Shown in pieces: positions 34,896-48,178 of a DNA stretch of 64,000 bases. Under the pieces are notes generated by a model. It ran no database searches. It worked only from the letters and a program-made list of their open reading frames with translations, and was not told the origin of the DNA. A program made the translations under genes and the position numbers. The stretch comes from Pocillopora damicornis (lineage: Eukaryota): the NCBI RefSeq assembly GCF_003704095.1, contig NW_020846169.1, positions 62,001 to 126,000 on the forward strand, given 5' to 3'. How positions within the stretch are numbered: position 1 is the first letter of the stretch; each line of letters begins with the position of its first letter.

Positions 34896-37009
34896 CTGAA
34901 CATGTTGACTGATCATTAGTTGTAATATGACTTTATTTAAGTTGTGTCATTTTGGACAAAAGTATTGCTGTGGCCATCATTTTATCTGTTTTGCTCTGCC
35001 ACATAATTTGTTAAGGCCTTAGCTGGCATCTATCTTCATCTTTCCCCCAAGATGCATATTGTAGGTTGGTTATTTGATTTAAATGAGTCAAATGGGGAAA
35101 ACTTCTTGAATGAAATGCTCATCAAAAGGGTTTCATGAAATGTGTTGTTCAGAATATATCTGTTCATAAAGAGGAGTATTTCTCAATAATAGGATAACTT
35201 CCTCTTATGGTATATTTCAGTGTTAGTACATACTGTCCTTCAGTGATTACTAGCTTTTAAAGATTCCCACCTTCCCTCTCAGAAGTTTAAATTTTTGCTC
35301 CTCTGTTCAACTTATTTATAATTATTGATCAAATTGTCATTTTACTGAGATCATCAATTCCTACTTAGACTGCTAAATAATGAATGGACTTCTGTGCAGT
35401 CAAATTCCCTCTCATTGCATTATTTTACTATTAAGCTTATGGGGATATTTTTTCATTTTCATAAAATTCAAGCAGTTTCTCTTTTGTCTATTACATAATG
35501 AAGTGTTTATTTGGATGTAGTTTTGTTGTCTTTTTTATTTATTCACTACCTAGGTTTTTTTGTCTGTCTTTCCTGCCTGTTTAACAAAAGAGAATCTGCC
35601 AATTGATTGTGAAACAGGAATTTATGAGTTACTAGTACTTTTACACCTTGCCTATGTAGGAACAGTTTTAGCATAAACTTTTCTTTCCAATACTTTGGCA
35701 AAAATATCTATTTGCCTAGAGCAGGATGGATAGCTTACCAGGGCAAGCTGATTCAAGCTGCTTGGAATCATTCAAGGCAAATTAATTAAATACCAGTTTT
35801 ATCAACACATTTAATAACAGATTAACTTGAACACAGTTATGATTTCAGTCTGTGAATGATATTACAATTATTGAGAAATGAAAAGGGGGGACTATGGAAC
35901 ATGGAATTTGCATCAGTTTTTAATTGGTATGGATTGTGAAAAAGTGTATTTATTATTAAGGTGAATTTCACAACTATAGGAGAAACTCCCTTTTTATTTA
36001 TTAATTAATAATTGTAAAATAATTTAACTTGTCATTTTAATAAATTATTTCCCTATCGATGGTCTCTTCATATAGGGGTTTTCAATTAGAAATTCAGATA
36101 CAATGCATTCAATTTGTTGTAAGAAAAGAAACAGTTGACTTCAGCCTTTTCAACCTTATTTGAATTGTGTTGATGGAATAACTGGTAGACTTAATTTGGA
36201 ATTTCAAATGCTTTGAGCAGAAATTGTAATAACTGCTAAAGAGATCGTGAATAAATGTGGTATGTAACTACATGACCAAGAAATTAAAGCAAACAATTAT
36301 AACCTCTATGTTTGATGTAAGATTTGGACGCACACTCTTATGTTCGGAGAAACTATTTATCTATCATTTGTTGGTTTAAGCATTGTAATGAAATGCAACT
36401 TTAGTTTCAAATAATATTTTGTCATTTTATTTTAAAGCCGTTTCTTACTTTAACAACTGGCTTTCTTATTTTGAAATTGGATTGGTTGTCAATGAATGCT
36501 TTCAGTGGTTTGTTTTGAAGTTTAATTTTACTCGGGTTTGGTCTGAGTCAATATGTATCTTGTTTTACTTGCCATTTTTTAATCAGTGGGGAAGTTAGAC
36601 ACTTTCGAAGGTTTTATTGACCTTAAGCACACTTTAATAAGAATTTTGCACTGACAAAAGGTAAATCACATGATTTTTACTTTTGTTACGGCTGTAAAAT
36701 ATTGATTGCATAATGCCGGTGCTTTTGCTTCTGTCCATTTGTTTATTTATGACTTATAAAATTATTGGAAGCTTAATCATTTTAAATTAAATTGCCGTTA
36801 AGTCTTGAAACTGCAGTAGCCTTGATAGGTGGGGAGGTTGATATTACTAGTTGGAGGGTTTATGTAGGTTTTTATTTATAACAAGGAAATTGCGAGAATT
36901 TTGTCAGTTTGTAACCATTTGATTCAGTTATTGTCGGGTGAAATAAAGTTTTTCAAAAAAAGCCTGGTTCAAATTTACAAGTAACTAGATAAATAGAGGA
37001 AACATCTCA

Positions 37010-37062
37010 TGAATTATTGAAAAACTGGAACTCGTGAATTATTGAAATACTGGAACTCGTGA
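37010..37062. repeat. 25-bp direct tandem duplication (tgaattattgaaa.actggaactcg x2)
   Basis: Directly visible; one mismatch. Confidence 0.85.
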
Positions 37063-37704
37063 GACGTGTACGAGTTGTTTACTGTCATGACGCAGAAGAG
37101 TTAAACTCTAAACTAGAGAAAAGTAAACTTGATGGGAAGAAGGGGATTCGACCCTTAGTGCGCCTCAAACGACTCAGTTACTCCGTCTCCAAATTCATTT
37201 TCGTATTCTCCTTCCTAGCCAGGCCAATTTTGTTCTCGGTACGTTAGATGTTCGTTAAATTAATTTGGTTGAACGAAGGCACGCCTGCTCTTGTGTATGT
37301 TAAATTCATTGTAATACAGTAACAAGCTCGGTTCAGTTTATGTCAATACCTCTTTCATTGGCTGACGAATGACAGCCTTGTTTTGAAACAAAAACCCACC
37401 TGCTCAGCCGGAGCTCTTTTGTGACCGGTATTGCCGTGTCTACGAGATCCAAAACATAGAAAGAATTTGCATACCACACCGCAAAACGAAAGGAAACTAA
37501 TCTAAGTTTTAAACAGCTTGCAGTGCTCCCTTTGTCTAGACTAAACTAATCGGTAGAAGCAAAATCCCAAGGTTGCAATCGGTGGACAATTTGCAATTAC
37601 ATCCGTTGACCTATTAGCATGTATTTACGTAGTTTTTGTTCACAGATTCGCCGCAAGCTACTTGTCTCATTATTAAACCCCATGTAAATTTAATATCACT
37701 AGAC

Positions 37705-37736
37705 ATCGCTATAACAACGTTGCGTCTCCCAGAAAC
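37705..37736. promoter_or_regulatory. Tandem candidate RFX X-boxes upstream of Tctex gene 1
   Basis: ATCGCTATAACAAC (37705-37718, full RYYNYY-AT-RRNRAC match) and GTCTCCCAGAAAC (37724-37736), about 100-130 bp before the ATG. Confidence 0.55.
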
Positions 37737-37837
37737 ATTCATGTTTGGTTTACGTGGCTATTAGCAGTGTTTTCTCCGGGAAGTTGTTATTAACACGTCG
37801 AAAGTTGCATGTTCGTCTGTCGTTTAAAGAAGCGGAC

Positions 37838-38491
37838 ATGAGTGGTGAAGTTGCGGCACATTCAAGAAACTCCTCACTTGGGGGAGGGCCATCAATGATA
37901 GGAATGATAAGGGCCAGGAAACTCGCCGTAAAAATTAAAAAGCGAGCCCAGTTTTTAGTAGCTGATAGAACACGACGGGAAAACGCGGGAAGGACAGCTG
38001 TCATTCACTGGGATTTCCCAAGAAATTCCCGCCGTGATGAGCCGACAACGAGACTAAACGTTCCAAGTGGCAGATCCCCACCGTCTTCGCGTTCTCCCAG
38101 TGTATCGTCACGTTATGGTTACACACACCCAAGTCAAACGCCAAAAAACAGTTACCGACTAGAACCGGTTAGCCGTTTCTCCGAGCCAAAAGTCAAAGAA
38201 GTTATCGAAGACGTGTTAGATCAAAATCTTCACGGCCAAACCTATGAGGCAGTATTTTGCAAGGAAATGACCAAAAAACTGTCTGATACAATAAAACAAC
38301 GAGTCAAGATCCTAGGATTTTCACGGTACAAGTTTATTTGTATTGTACACATGGGACAGGTTCATAACCAAGGAATGCGAATCGGCAGTCGATGTCTTTG
38401 GGATCAGAAATTTGACAATGTCGCTGAGGGATACTTTAGGAATGGCAACCTATTTGCAGTTGCTACGGTTTTCGGTGTGTACTGTGAGTAA
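37838..38491 (+). CDS. Tctex-1 domain dynein light chain (DYNLT5/TCTEX1D1-like), 217 aa, single coding exon
   Basis: C-terminal NSYRLEP…F…RYKFICIVHMGQ…GMRIGSRCLWD…D…FRNGNLFAVATVFGVYCE. The first ATG is at 37838; the ORF-track start at 37745 is TTG. Confidence 0.92.
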   Translation: MSGEVAAHSRNSSLGGGPSMIGMIRARKLAVKIKKRAQFLVADRTRRENAGRTAVIHWDFPRNSRRDEPTTRLNVPSGRSPPSSRSPSVSSRYGYTHPSQTPKNSYRLEPVSRFSEPKVKEVIEDVLDQNLHGQTYEAVFCKEMTKKLSDTIKQRVKILGFSRYKFICIVHMGQVHNQGMRIGSRCLWDQKFDNVAEGYFRNGNLFAVATVFGVYCE

Positions 38492-39972
38492 CTCGTAACT
38501 TATTATACTGAAGTTTGGAAGCGCCCGGGTGCAAACTAAAAATATTTCATTGTTATTCCTCATCGCTCTCGTCTAAACATACTTCTGAAAACAACTTTTC
38601 TATCTGAGTCTGGCAGGTATCTTATTATAAAAGCATCGATAGAGGACGAGATTCGAAATTCGTGTTCTGAATGCAAATTTGCAAGCGAGTCGATTTGAAT
38701 ACAATTTACTTGGAAACATAATAACGAATATTCAAACAACAATAACTTACAAACAGTTATTATGCCATTGAAACAATGACTTAAAATACCTCCTCGAGAT
38801 TTTAGCTTTCCTGTTGTGGACGAAGAAAAAGAAGTTTGTTATCAGCTGGTTTAATCCGTCACGCGATCAGAAATAGTTCTTAGCAGGCTGACGAATTGAA
38901 ATGTATGAATAGTATCAACTTTGTCGGACAGACGAGAGGCTTGCAAAATAAACGCGCAAGTTTACTCACTGACACCATAGTTAGCTGTTAATAGATTGTC
39001 TCTGAAAAGCTAGTTCACGCATACAGATTTTCATATCATGTATAGTAAATAAAAGCGTCATGTTTGAGTCTCCTACACGTTTTATTTAAATAGTTATGAG
39101 TATTTTCTTGGTAAACGTAGTTTAAAATTCTACCATTTATGTCATTTCACTCTTAAACACAGCTTTGGCTCGCTCTCAAATTATTTATTTACTTTTTTAA
39201 AATTTTTTCATTTCATTATTTTTTTTAATCGTGTTTCAATTCTATTTTTGGCTTTGACATCCTCTCTTTTCTCCCTTTAAATTATCATAGGGCTGGATTC
39301 CATTTATTATGTATGTGAAAAATGGTGAATTGTTTTAAAACAGCACGCAAACAAAGCGACCAAAGCACTAGTTCAAGACATCCCTTTTGGGTTAAAAAAA
39401 ACAGCAAAGCTACTCAAAAATGAAAAGAATCATTAAGAATTTGTGACTGAATTTAGTAGATTATTCCAATTAATTTAAACCCCACGTGTTAGCACAAGAT
39501 GATGTTGTCGAATCGTAACTCGATCGACTTCATGTAGCTGACATAATAAGTACCCGATAGGTTGTTCCGTTTAGCTCTCTGGGACAAATTTACCGCTGAA
39601 TTTCATTTCAATTTCTACATTTTATCATGATAAAACAATCTAATATAACGCAGGCCCTAAGTGGCTAATTTCAGGGAACCATTCCCCGTACTTGTGAAAC
39701 AGATCTGAAGAAGTTTGTGCCCGGCAAACAAAATGAGCCAAACACAACTTCTAAAATCGCATCTAAAATAGCAAAGTTTGCCATAGATTGGAAGGCATTA
39801 ACTTGAATCTTTAGACAAGACAAGGAGACGATTTAGCACACTGATGATAGCTTTTTAACTGAAAAAACGAAAATAAACACCAATCATTTTTAAGCTCATT
39901 CACAAGGAATGATGAAGTTTTCAGGTAATTGGCATTTAAGGTTAAACGCTACTGAACCAGTTCAAGATGAAT

Positions 39973-40665
39973 TCATTCCACAAAAACAGCGAATACTGAA
40001 GCTTCCGCGAAAAGATGATCATTTCTAAAAGTGTCTCGGGCAAAGTTATCAAAATGAGCATTCCACAAGCATCTACTGGTGATATGAATACCTTGGCCTA
40101 ACTGCTGACCAATCCATACCACACATACAAACTTATATCTCTCCAAAGGCTCCTCGGCTTTTATCTTCCTTTTAATTTCCTCGCTAATCTCCACTGACCA
40201 TCTCTTGCTGTCATCAGCAGTGTACATCTTACTTTTTAAATGTTCTTCCAACACATTGTGAATGATAACACGAGCCTTTCCACTCAAGAACAAGTCATCA
40301 GGTTCCATTTTGTATGTGTTTTCCCTCAACAATCTCTCTCCGTAAAAGGCCGACATGGTGTCGTCAACAGAATTAGCTGGAGCTGGAGCAGTGGTTGCAA
40401 ATTTTACCGATTGCGTTTCTGACTGATTGTGAACCAAGACAGAATTGACTCGAGTAGGTTTTCGTGTCTGTGGGAAAGCTCGGTTTGCCAGTAAAACAGT
40501 GCGCGCTACTGAAGCAAATTTACCCTTAGCTCTATCTTGTTCACTGGTTTCCTTCAGTTCGTTGCTAGGTTCCGTGAATGTTCTTTCGTCCGAAGTCAAA
40601 AAGAAAGTGGCCTTTTTCCGAGGATTCTTCGTTGTCAAAGAGTTCTTTTTTACATTCTCCATCAT
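39973..40665 (-). CDS. Tctex-1 domain dynein light chain paralog 2, 230 aa, single coding exon
   Basis: ENTYKMEP…RYKFVCVVWIGQ…GIHITSRCLWN…DNFA…FRNDHLFAEASVFAVFVE. The first ATG is at 40665. Confidence 0.92.
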   Translation of the reverse strand: MMENVKKNSLTTKNPRKKATFFLTSDERTFTEPSNELKETSEQDRAKGKFASVARTVLLANRAFPQTRKPTRVNSVLVHNQSETQSVKFATTAPAPANSVDDTMSAFYGERLLRENTYKMEPDDLFLSGKARVIIHNVLEEHLKSKMYTADDSKRWSVEISEEIKRKIKAEEPLERYKFVCVVWIGQQLGQGIHITSRCLWNAHFDNFARDTFRNDHLFAEASVFAVFVE

Positions 40666-41097
40666 GACAGAAATGAAGGGTGGATCAACCAGTTCATTGT
40701 GTATTCTGGGCCAAGTTTGATGTTCGAATATCAACTACCTGTTTGTTGGATTTGTACTCTGTAAACTATTCTTAAGAAAAAGATTCTTTGGGAATTTAAG
40801 TGGCTTCAATTAGATCCCAAGAGAGCTGTATAGAAAAGAAGTTGAATGTGCGACGCATATGTTTTAAAAAGCCTGAATGTAAGCTAAACACAAAACAACA
40901 AACAAGTTGTTATGTGCACTGGTGTTATTTACCAACAGAATAGAGATTAGAATTGATTGATGTGTTCCATACATGAAAGACACCGAACACTTGTGAATAA
41001 CGCGTAATAGGTCGTTTTTTGCAGAACTACACTTGAATTGGGATCTGAGATAAACAGAAATGTTGCTGTTTAAAAACAAGACAACATTCAAAGGTCA

Positions 41098-41230
41098 TCC
41101 GAAGGTCTGAGGTTCGATTCCTCATGTGGACTCAGAATTTTTTCTTTGTCCCACGCTCGTGACAAGACGAAAAAACATCTTTCTTAATTCTTCACCGAGC
41201 TCAAAACTTACCATCTCTACTATTTCTATC
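41098..41230 (+). repeat. Fragment of a tRNA-related repeat
   Basis: B box ggttcgattcc followed by a T-run and a repeat-like body. There is no A box or acceptor stem. Confidence 0.5.
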
Positions 41231-43143
41231 TAAAGACAATAATTCCTATCATACCCTATAACGTTACCTACATTCATCGGTGTATGGTGATCTCTAAAAA
41301 AAACGTCATCGTGCTCTCAAACCTCCATGACTCTTTTACCTAGTGCAACACTGAGGAACAATTTCTAACCCTGGTTAATCTGCAAAAACGCAGAACAAAT
41401 GCATTACAGTTTATATTAAGTGAGTGATCTTCGCAGTAATGAACACTACTTAAGCAGTAGTTAACATAAATCCTTAAAAAACCAATTCATGCCTGTACGT
41501 CAGTAGATATTGGTGAGCCTTCCTTCACACCTCTCTAAAACATGTCGTAAGACTTTGGGCCACAGCCTGCAGAAAAGGAGTAATTTTTTTTTTTGCGTTT
41601 TTCATGCGAATGGAGGCTTGGCGCTCGCCTCTGTCCGTTAGAAAAACTCATCGAAAAACTGCATATTCTGCAGTTACTTTGGCCAAGAATTCCTGACAAG
41701 TTGTATAGGCTACGAACGCGATAGAGGACTCGGTTCTCCCAGCCCTCGAGTGTTTAGGTGACACTGCAAACACTGCGTTTTTTCCAACACACCTGCCATT
41801 TGATGAGAGCACACGTAGTATCTAAATGTTACTTTATAACGCTGAAAAAAACACCTTTAGCCTCCGAAACCCTAATTTCCTTTCTCGTCTCCACCTTTTT
41901 CTCTTCCTATTGGTACAACATCGGTGGAAACAGTATATCATTGAGACAGATGGCCTGAGGAAAGATCAACTCCTTCGTCGATCGGTCTGTAATGACCTCT
42001 AAGGATTCCGTCAGCAAGCCACAAACTTCTTGCTTATTCGAAAGTATGCTTTAGTGGAAAACAGGCTGTGGGTATTTGTTTGATACACATTGAGATTTTC
42101 AATAAACTTTTCGCCAAACATCGAGTCCCTGAGCGTATTGTGATGACAAAAAAGAACTTAAAATGAAACTCCAGAGATCTTTTCTGTGCAAACTTTGTTA
42201 CATCAAGGTCCATTATCGCGACAACTCCCCCCCCCCCCCTCCACTCCATGGTGAACTGTGGATTTGACATTCAATCAGGACATTCAACCGAACAAAATTA
42301 CGAGAGTGGGACAGTAGAGGGCAGTTCAAAAAATCTGGCAATGAATTTAAATCTGGTTCTGATATGCATCCTGATAAAAAGAAATTTAAACTAATCAGAA
42401 AACTTGAGACATTTTGTGGTTTACTAAATGGAAGGTTCTTTTCAAATACTGTATTTTATTTACGATTATTGTACATTAACAGAACCTGCTTCATCGTATT
42501 CATTTCCTGTTCCTTAATCAACACTCCTTTCTGTTCACGTCACTGACTGGTGATTTACCCACTCACCAGTAATTTGCATTTTCCTTTAAAAATTCTCTGT
42601 AAACAAGAAAAACTGTCTAACATATTTTAAAATTTTCCTTGAATTTAATGACTTGAAAGATTTATTCTGTTTTCTTTTTATTTCATTTTACTTAATTCTA
42701 GACATATTTTAACTTGCTATATACAAGAGAGCGTAAAGCGACCAGAATGAAGACGTCAACTGACTCTTGCTTGTTAAGGGATAAATTTACATTTCTTTCT
42801 TGTTAACTTTTAGATTTCCGACAAAAGGAAATGATATGCTGATATGCTTGACTGTGTTCATGTACAAGAAAATTTTGCATTGAAGAAATAACGCTTCAGA
42901 GTTAGGTAAAAAAGCGATAATTTATTTCTAAATTTCTCTGTTTTCATTAAAAATGAACACGTCAGTGGGTTTTGGAAGTCACTTCAACTTGTACACTATA
43001 ATACACATTATTGGTTATTAAGATGTTTCCGTCTATCAGTAGTGTGCGCGACTCAAAAACTCGAACCATCGAACCGAATCAGCAACGATCACATATCATA
43101 AATTCTAGTTCCTAGCTCTGTCTTCGATGTAGGCTCCGAGAGA

Positions 43144-43581
43144 TTAAAAGTTTCGTGTGGCATAAGTAGCAAACACTGTTCCAACTGCAAACAGTGATTC
43201 ATTTCTGAACCACGCAGATGCAAAACTGTCATATTCAGGTTTCCATACCTTATGTGAAGCTTTTTCTATCCCGGTATCGTTTGCCTGACCAATCAAAACA
43301 ACCACGTTAAAATAGGCAAATTGGTGTTGAATGGTTCGAAGTTTTTGCTTAATAATCTGACTCAAAGCATCACATCGTGCGTCGCTATCCCATGCTGTGT
43401 AACAAACACCTTGCAAGTTCGTTCTGAGGACTTCTTCAATCGTGTCTTGTATCTGTAGATCTTGAAGTTTGCAAGCTGGTTGAAGAATGAGTAATTCGGT
43501 TTTTCGTAGATCGTCTAGCGGATAAAGCGAGGGAGATAGCCGAGAAACGTCGGAGTTTTCAAAAGTGCGCTTTCTCATCAT
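43144..43581 (-). CDS. Divergent Tctex-1 domain paralog 3 (>=145 aa; an upstream exon is possible)
   Basis: IEEVL..NL….Y…LSQIIKQKL…VVVLIGQ…GI…S…W…DSFASAWFRNESLFAVGTVFATY follows the Tctex-1 fold pattern, and the frame is intact. Confidence 0.8.
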   Translation of the reverse strand: MMRKRTFENSDVSRLSPSLYPLDDLRKTELLILQPACKLQDLQIQDTIEEVLRTNLQGVCYTAWDSDARCDALSQIIKQKLRTIQHQFAYFNVVVLIGQANDTGIEKASHKVWKPEYDSFASAWFRNESLFAVGTVFATYATRNF

Positions 43582-46500
43582 TTCTGTGGTTGTTATTCGG
43601 ATTGAGTGTTCTTCGAAGTCACCAATGGAGGTAAATTCGGTTGTCAGTAGAATGAAAGCTTCCCGTCCTGATGAATACAGCTTAATTAGCTTCAAAACAG
43701 TGACGGAAACTGCTTCTAGTGGCCAACACTGGCGTCTGCGATGATAAAAGGACAAAAAAGTGATAGCCTTTTTTTAGGGCCCAAAGCAAATGTTCTCCCT
43801 CGAAAGCCAAATAACAATAATGTTTGATTGCAAGCGAGCTCGCTGATAATTAACCAGGCTTTCAGCTCTTAGAGCCTTGATGAAGTAATTATGCCAAAAC
43901 CTATTGGCTTAAACTCCATTTTCTCTTTAATCAATAACCTTGGTGTTTATCAAATGAATCTCCTTTGAATGTAAAAATTTGGAACAAACCGTTGAAATAA
44001 GGACAAAACTAGTGTGGAAAATCATAAAAAGGGTTGAAAATTATAAATGGGGTAAGTAAGATTAATGGCAACAGATTTAAAGATAGGACTCCGCTTTCGC
44101 AAATCCACTCATCAGCGACAGCAAAAAATAATCTTTCCTCGGTAAATGAAACTGTGAATAGGCTTTGTTTGCCTCGGAAGCCCTCATTAACCGTTCTCTT
44201 TCACATTTCTAAACCAATTCATCATGACAAAATAGAGCTTAATGACGAGAGAATTAAGTTGGCTGGGCTTTGTCTTGCCGAACGCCGTAATTACGTCAGG
44301 TTAATAGATAAGTCCCTCGGCAAACGTGCAACATTGTGAATGTTTTAGGAAATTAATTCCTTAGGCAAACATGTTGGCAATTACAGCGATTGTATGTTTA
44401 TGTTTTCACATGTAGGAGAATAGAAGTTAATTAAAGGTGCTATGTGCCTTCGCTTTGGGGTGACTGTCAATCGGGGAAAATATACTCATCAGCCACTACA
44501 CAAGAAAAACTCCGCCGTTAGATGATACAGATATTTCCAAACATTATTCTCTTTTTTTAGATGACCGGAATTTCTTCAAACTGTTTGGGGTAGCAATGAG
44601 GAGGGTCAACGAGCTCAAAGCGCGGTGCGGTTGTTCCAGTCACAGTAGAACAGAGCTTCCGACATTTTACCAACAATGTTTTTAATCAGGTCGACGCATT
44701 AATTAAGGCCGTTGGCAAGTAACTGTACCACTTCTTAAAGCATTTGATCGTTAAAGTAGAAAATTACAACAAATGCTTTTTACCGTCTAACAAAGGAGGG
44801 GTCAATTTATATGACGCCTGCTCAAATTAACAGGATGATCTAACACAATCGGTCAAGAAACATGGTCCTGAGATTAAAAGATGCCGGGAAATATTCTTTT
44901 TTCTTTCGTTAAAATAAATTTTTAAGAAACTGGACAAATCTCGTAAAGGAGATAACTCAACCACGACGATTGTTATATTCTTGGGGATGAAATTGCTGAT
45001 CTGCCTTATTCCGAAGCTCGTAGGGAATTTTAGTGTCATTTTAACTCATTTACTTTTTGTGTCCATTTGGTTTTTTCATTCTTATATTTTTCTATCGAGC
45101 CCTGATATTGATCTCATTCTTAATGAGTGGCAATGGAGGCTAATCAACATTGCTAAAATGATAATTAAACAAGCAAACATATAATTCGGAAGCAAAATCA
45201 AATTATTTTCTACCTTTTACTGGTTTGTAGAATTTGTCTCCGAAACATATATTTTCGAGGCTAAACTGGAAAACATTGATCTCCTTGCTCCCGCAGCAAT
45301 GATTTATCATGAATTCTGGCCAAGTTCAGCCAAGATCTAAACGTGAGATGTTCTTCAAAATCAGGTGCAAACCTGATTCAAAGATGGAGCCTAATACCCC
45401 ACGTAGTTGGCAAAGAGATTGTCAATGGCTTGAAATACGCTCAAAAGAAACAAACTATTGAAATGATCGACGAACCCTGGTCAATATTGCAGTTTACGAA
45501 ACTAACAATTTAGCGGCTAGTTTAGGGTAACTTGACGTTTCAAAGTACAAATAAAATAAACTGGTTTGAAAATAAGAATTTGCAACGATTAGAGGTGAAC
45601 AGCTCAACAGGAAGTATTATAAATATTATATGGACACCGTTAGTGCAAGGTTTAATGCCAATCTTGAGTGGGAGGTCAAGTTGTTACTGTTTCGCCAATG
45701 CACTAGATTTCTGATTTTGGTTTGTTCTACGTGCGTTTGTTAGGAGCGTGACAAGCACAGGCTTTTAAAGATGGTTAAAAATGAAATAATTTATCTCCTA
45801 CGAACTATGTCCCAGCTCCCAATTATCTTCCAAAGCTGAGCCGAGGGAGGTCTAAGTACAAGACCAGTTAATTACATAAAGATGATGAAAAAAATTGGGG
45901 AGAAATTTCAATTCTTTGACTTCATAACCCACATCAAACCAACCAATGAAGTTCCAGTGGTGTTTTTGAGAGTTTCCTCTGAGCAACAATAAATCACCTC
46001 ACTCTTATTTTTAAACTATAGTGCATTGTGATGATAGCCAACACCAGAATGATTAGAGTACATGACTGACTGCCATTCTTAGGTTGAAAACCATTAATTT
46101 AGAACAAGTTTTGTTTGTAAGAATCAGCTGTTATTATCAGTAAGTACACATATCTCTATCAAAATCCAATGCTTCAATAAGGTAATACTTTAAAATAATA
46201 GTCTGAGTACAATCAGTTTTGGTTGCTGCTTAGGTAGGCAGGTTTTTGTACATAGAAGCTGTAGTGCTATCAGCTACAAGCTGGCCTGAAACTCAGACTG
46301 CAAGAATGAGACACTGGTCATGTAGTATTTATTCATAGACAGTAGTAAAAGTTTCTCTCCATTTTGACAGCATAATGATACACAGAAAATGGTAGAAAAA
46401 AAAGATTCTGGAAAACAACCCATGTCAAAATCATGGCTACATCCAGAACTGTCTCTTTTTTATTGCTAATATTGACAAAGCAGAATAAAGGATATAACTA

Positions 46501-48178
46501 TAGTCCCAAGCTTCAAACATATCTCATTTGGTGACTTAAATACCTCTTTCTCTTCCAAAAACAAAAATAGTGGCTCCTGGGTTACAATACAACATCACAA
46601 CCACTCTAACAAGAGACACAAATGGATAGAGCTGTTGAGGCAAATGGAAGGTGGATGGAAAAGACTCCCAACCCCTTTAGATGCTAAGGAGAGACAGATA
46701 TACCTTCACCAATATCCTGCATGTAGCAAAAAATGACAGACACAGAAATGTGATCAAGAGCCAATGACTAAATTACATTGATCATGTCTATCATTTTCTC
46801 AACACTATAATGACAAAGAAGATGCTGTTTGTGAAATCGAAGCAGGCACACCAACAGGACTCCTGGATACGCATCTGTTGCTGAATGACTCCATTGAACA
46901 AGAAGACCGAGTGAGAGCTGGTTTTGAGGTAATGATGGAACAATTCAACAATGCCACTCCTGCAACAAAATTACTTATTGGAGGAACATACTGAAACTAT
47001 ATTGAACAAAAAAATAGTTCACTTTACACCCAAACATTTGTCTTCTCCATACTGTTCCCTATGCATTTCCTGAGGTGCCACTGACAAGGAGAATTTGTTT
47101 TGCAATCAAGAGCTTCTAAATTGTTAGTGATCATTTCCTTTGTTCTTGTGACCTTAAAGTCTGATTCACACTACCTCATCAAGAAGATTGTGCTTCATGA
47201 AATTCATCAATCATAATGAGGAATATCCTCAACGCGCTAAAAAATACAGGAATTTGAATTTTTTAACATTTGTAACTTTTTTTAATGATAAGGGATAATT
47301 TATTGGTCAACTGGGTTTCATGTCGTTGAATGTTCATTTTGAGTGGGACATTAGATTTGTAACTACCAATTACACTGGGGGGGAGGGGGGAGAAAGCTCT
47401 CTCATATAGAGCTGACTGGTGAGATTGTTAATAAGAGTAGTTAGAGGTTATCTGTATTTACAAATGGTAGATGATAATTGTTGTCTTAAAATATGATTTC
47501 CAAATAAACAAACCCTCAAATAAACTCCAAGTTAGAAACCTTAAGGGCCAGTTATTTACATGAGGTATAATCCAAACCACTGTTTTACACAAGTTGGGGG
47601 CCTTGCATATTCTCTATGAGAAGGTTGTTTTCTTTGAAAAATGTCCTTCCACTTATAACTTTGAGCCCTCTTAACACTGTTCACAAAAATGAATGTGCAG
47701 ACAAAAGATTCAGCTTTATACATGATAGTTTAAAATGCAGTTTTGTTAAACAACAGCTAAACTTTGTTTAAATTACCGGCCCTAAAAGTTTAATATATGC
47801 TGCCATATTTCATCAATAAAAAAATAAGTTTTAAGAGGCCCATCAACTGCCAGCTAGCATGACAGGGCTGATCATAAAAAATTGTGAAAATAGCCCTCTT
47901 ATGTATGCATATGCATCCTGTTGGTTTTAGTGTGGGCTGATTTTCACTGCTAAAGCTCAGTCCCATCTGGCAATTGAAGCACATACAGGTGCTCAGGCAC
48001 TTGTAAAAAAAGGCCATGATAATGCTTATGCACTGGTGAGGACTGTGCTTTCAAGGCACCAAATCACCGAGGTAGCTCTCCATATTTTAACTCTGGATAC
48101 CAATATCTACAACAATAACACAAATACATGCTCTGCTCGTATTCACGTTCACATTAATTGCTCATGGTGTAAAACAGT

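Noticed and set aside
46780-46993. Stop-free ~65-codon frame (+) and a possible acceptor (-) between Tctex 3 and ELAV
   Set aside because: No start, partner exons or recognisable homology; probably decayed sequence.
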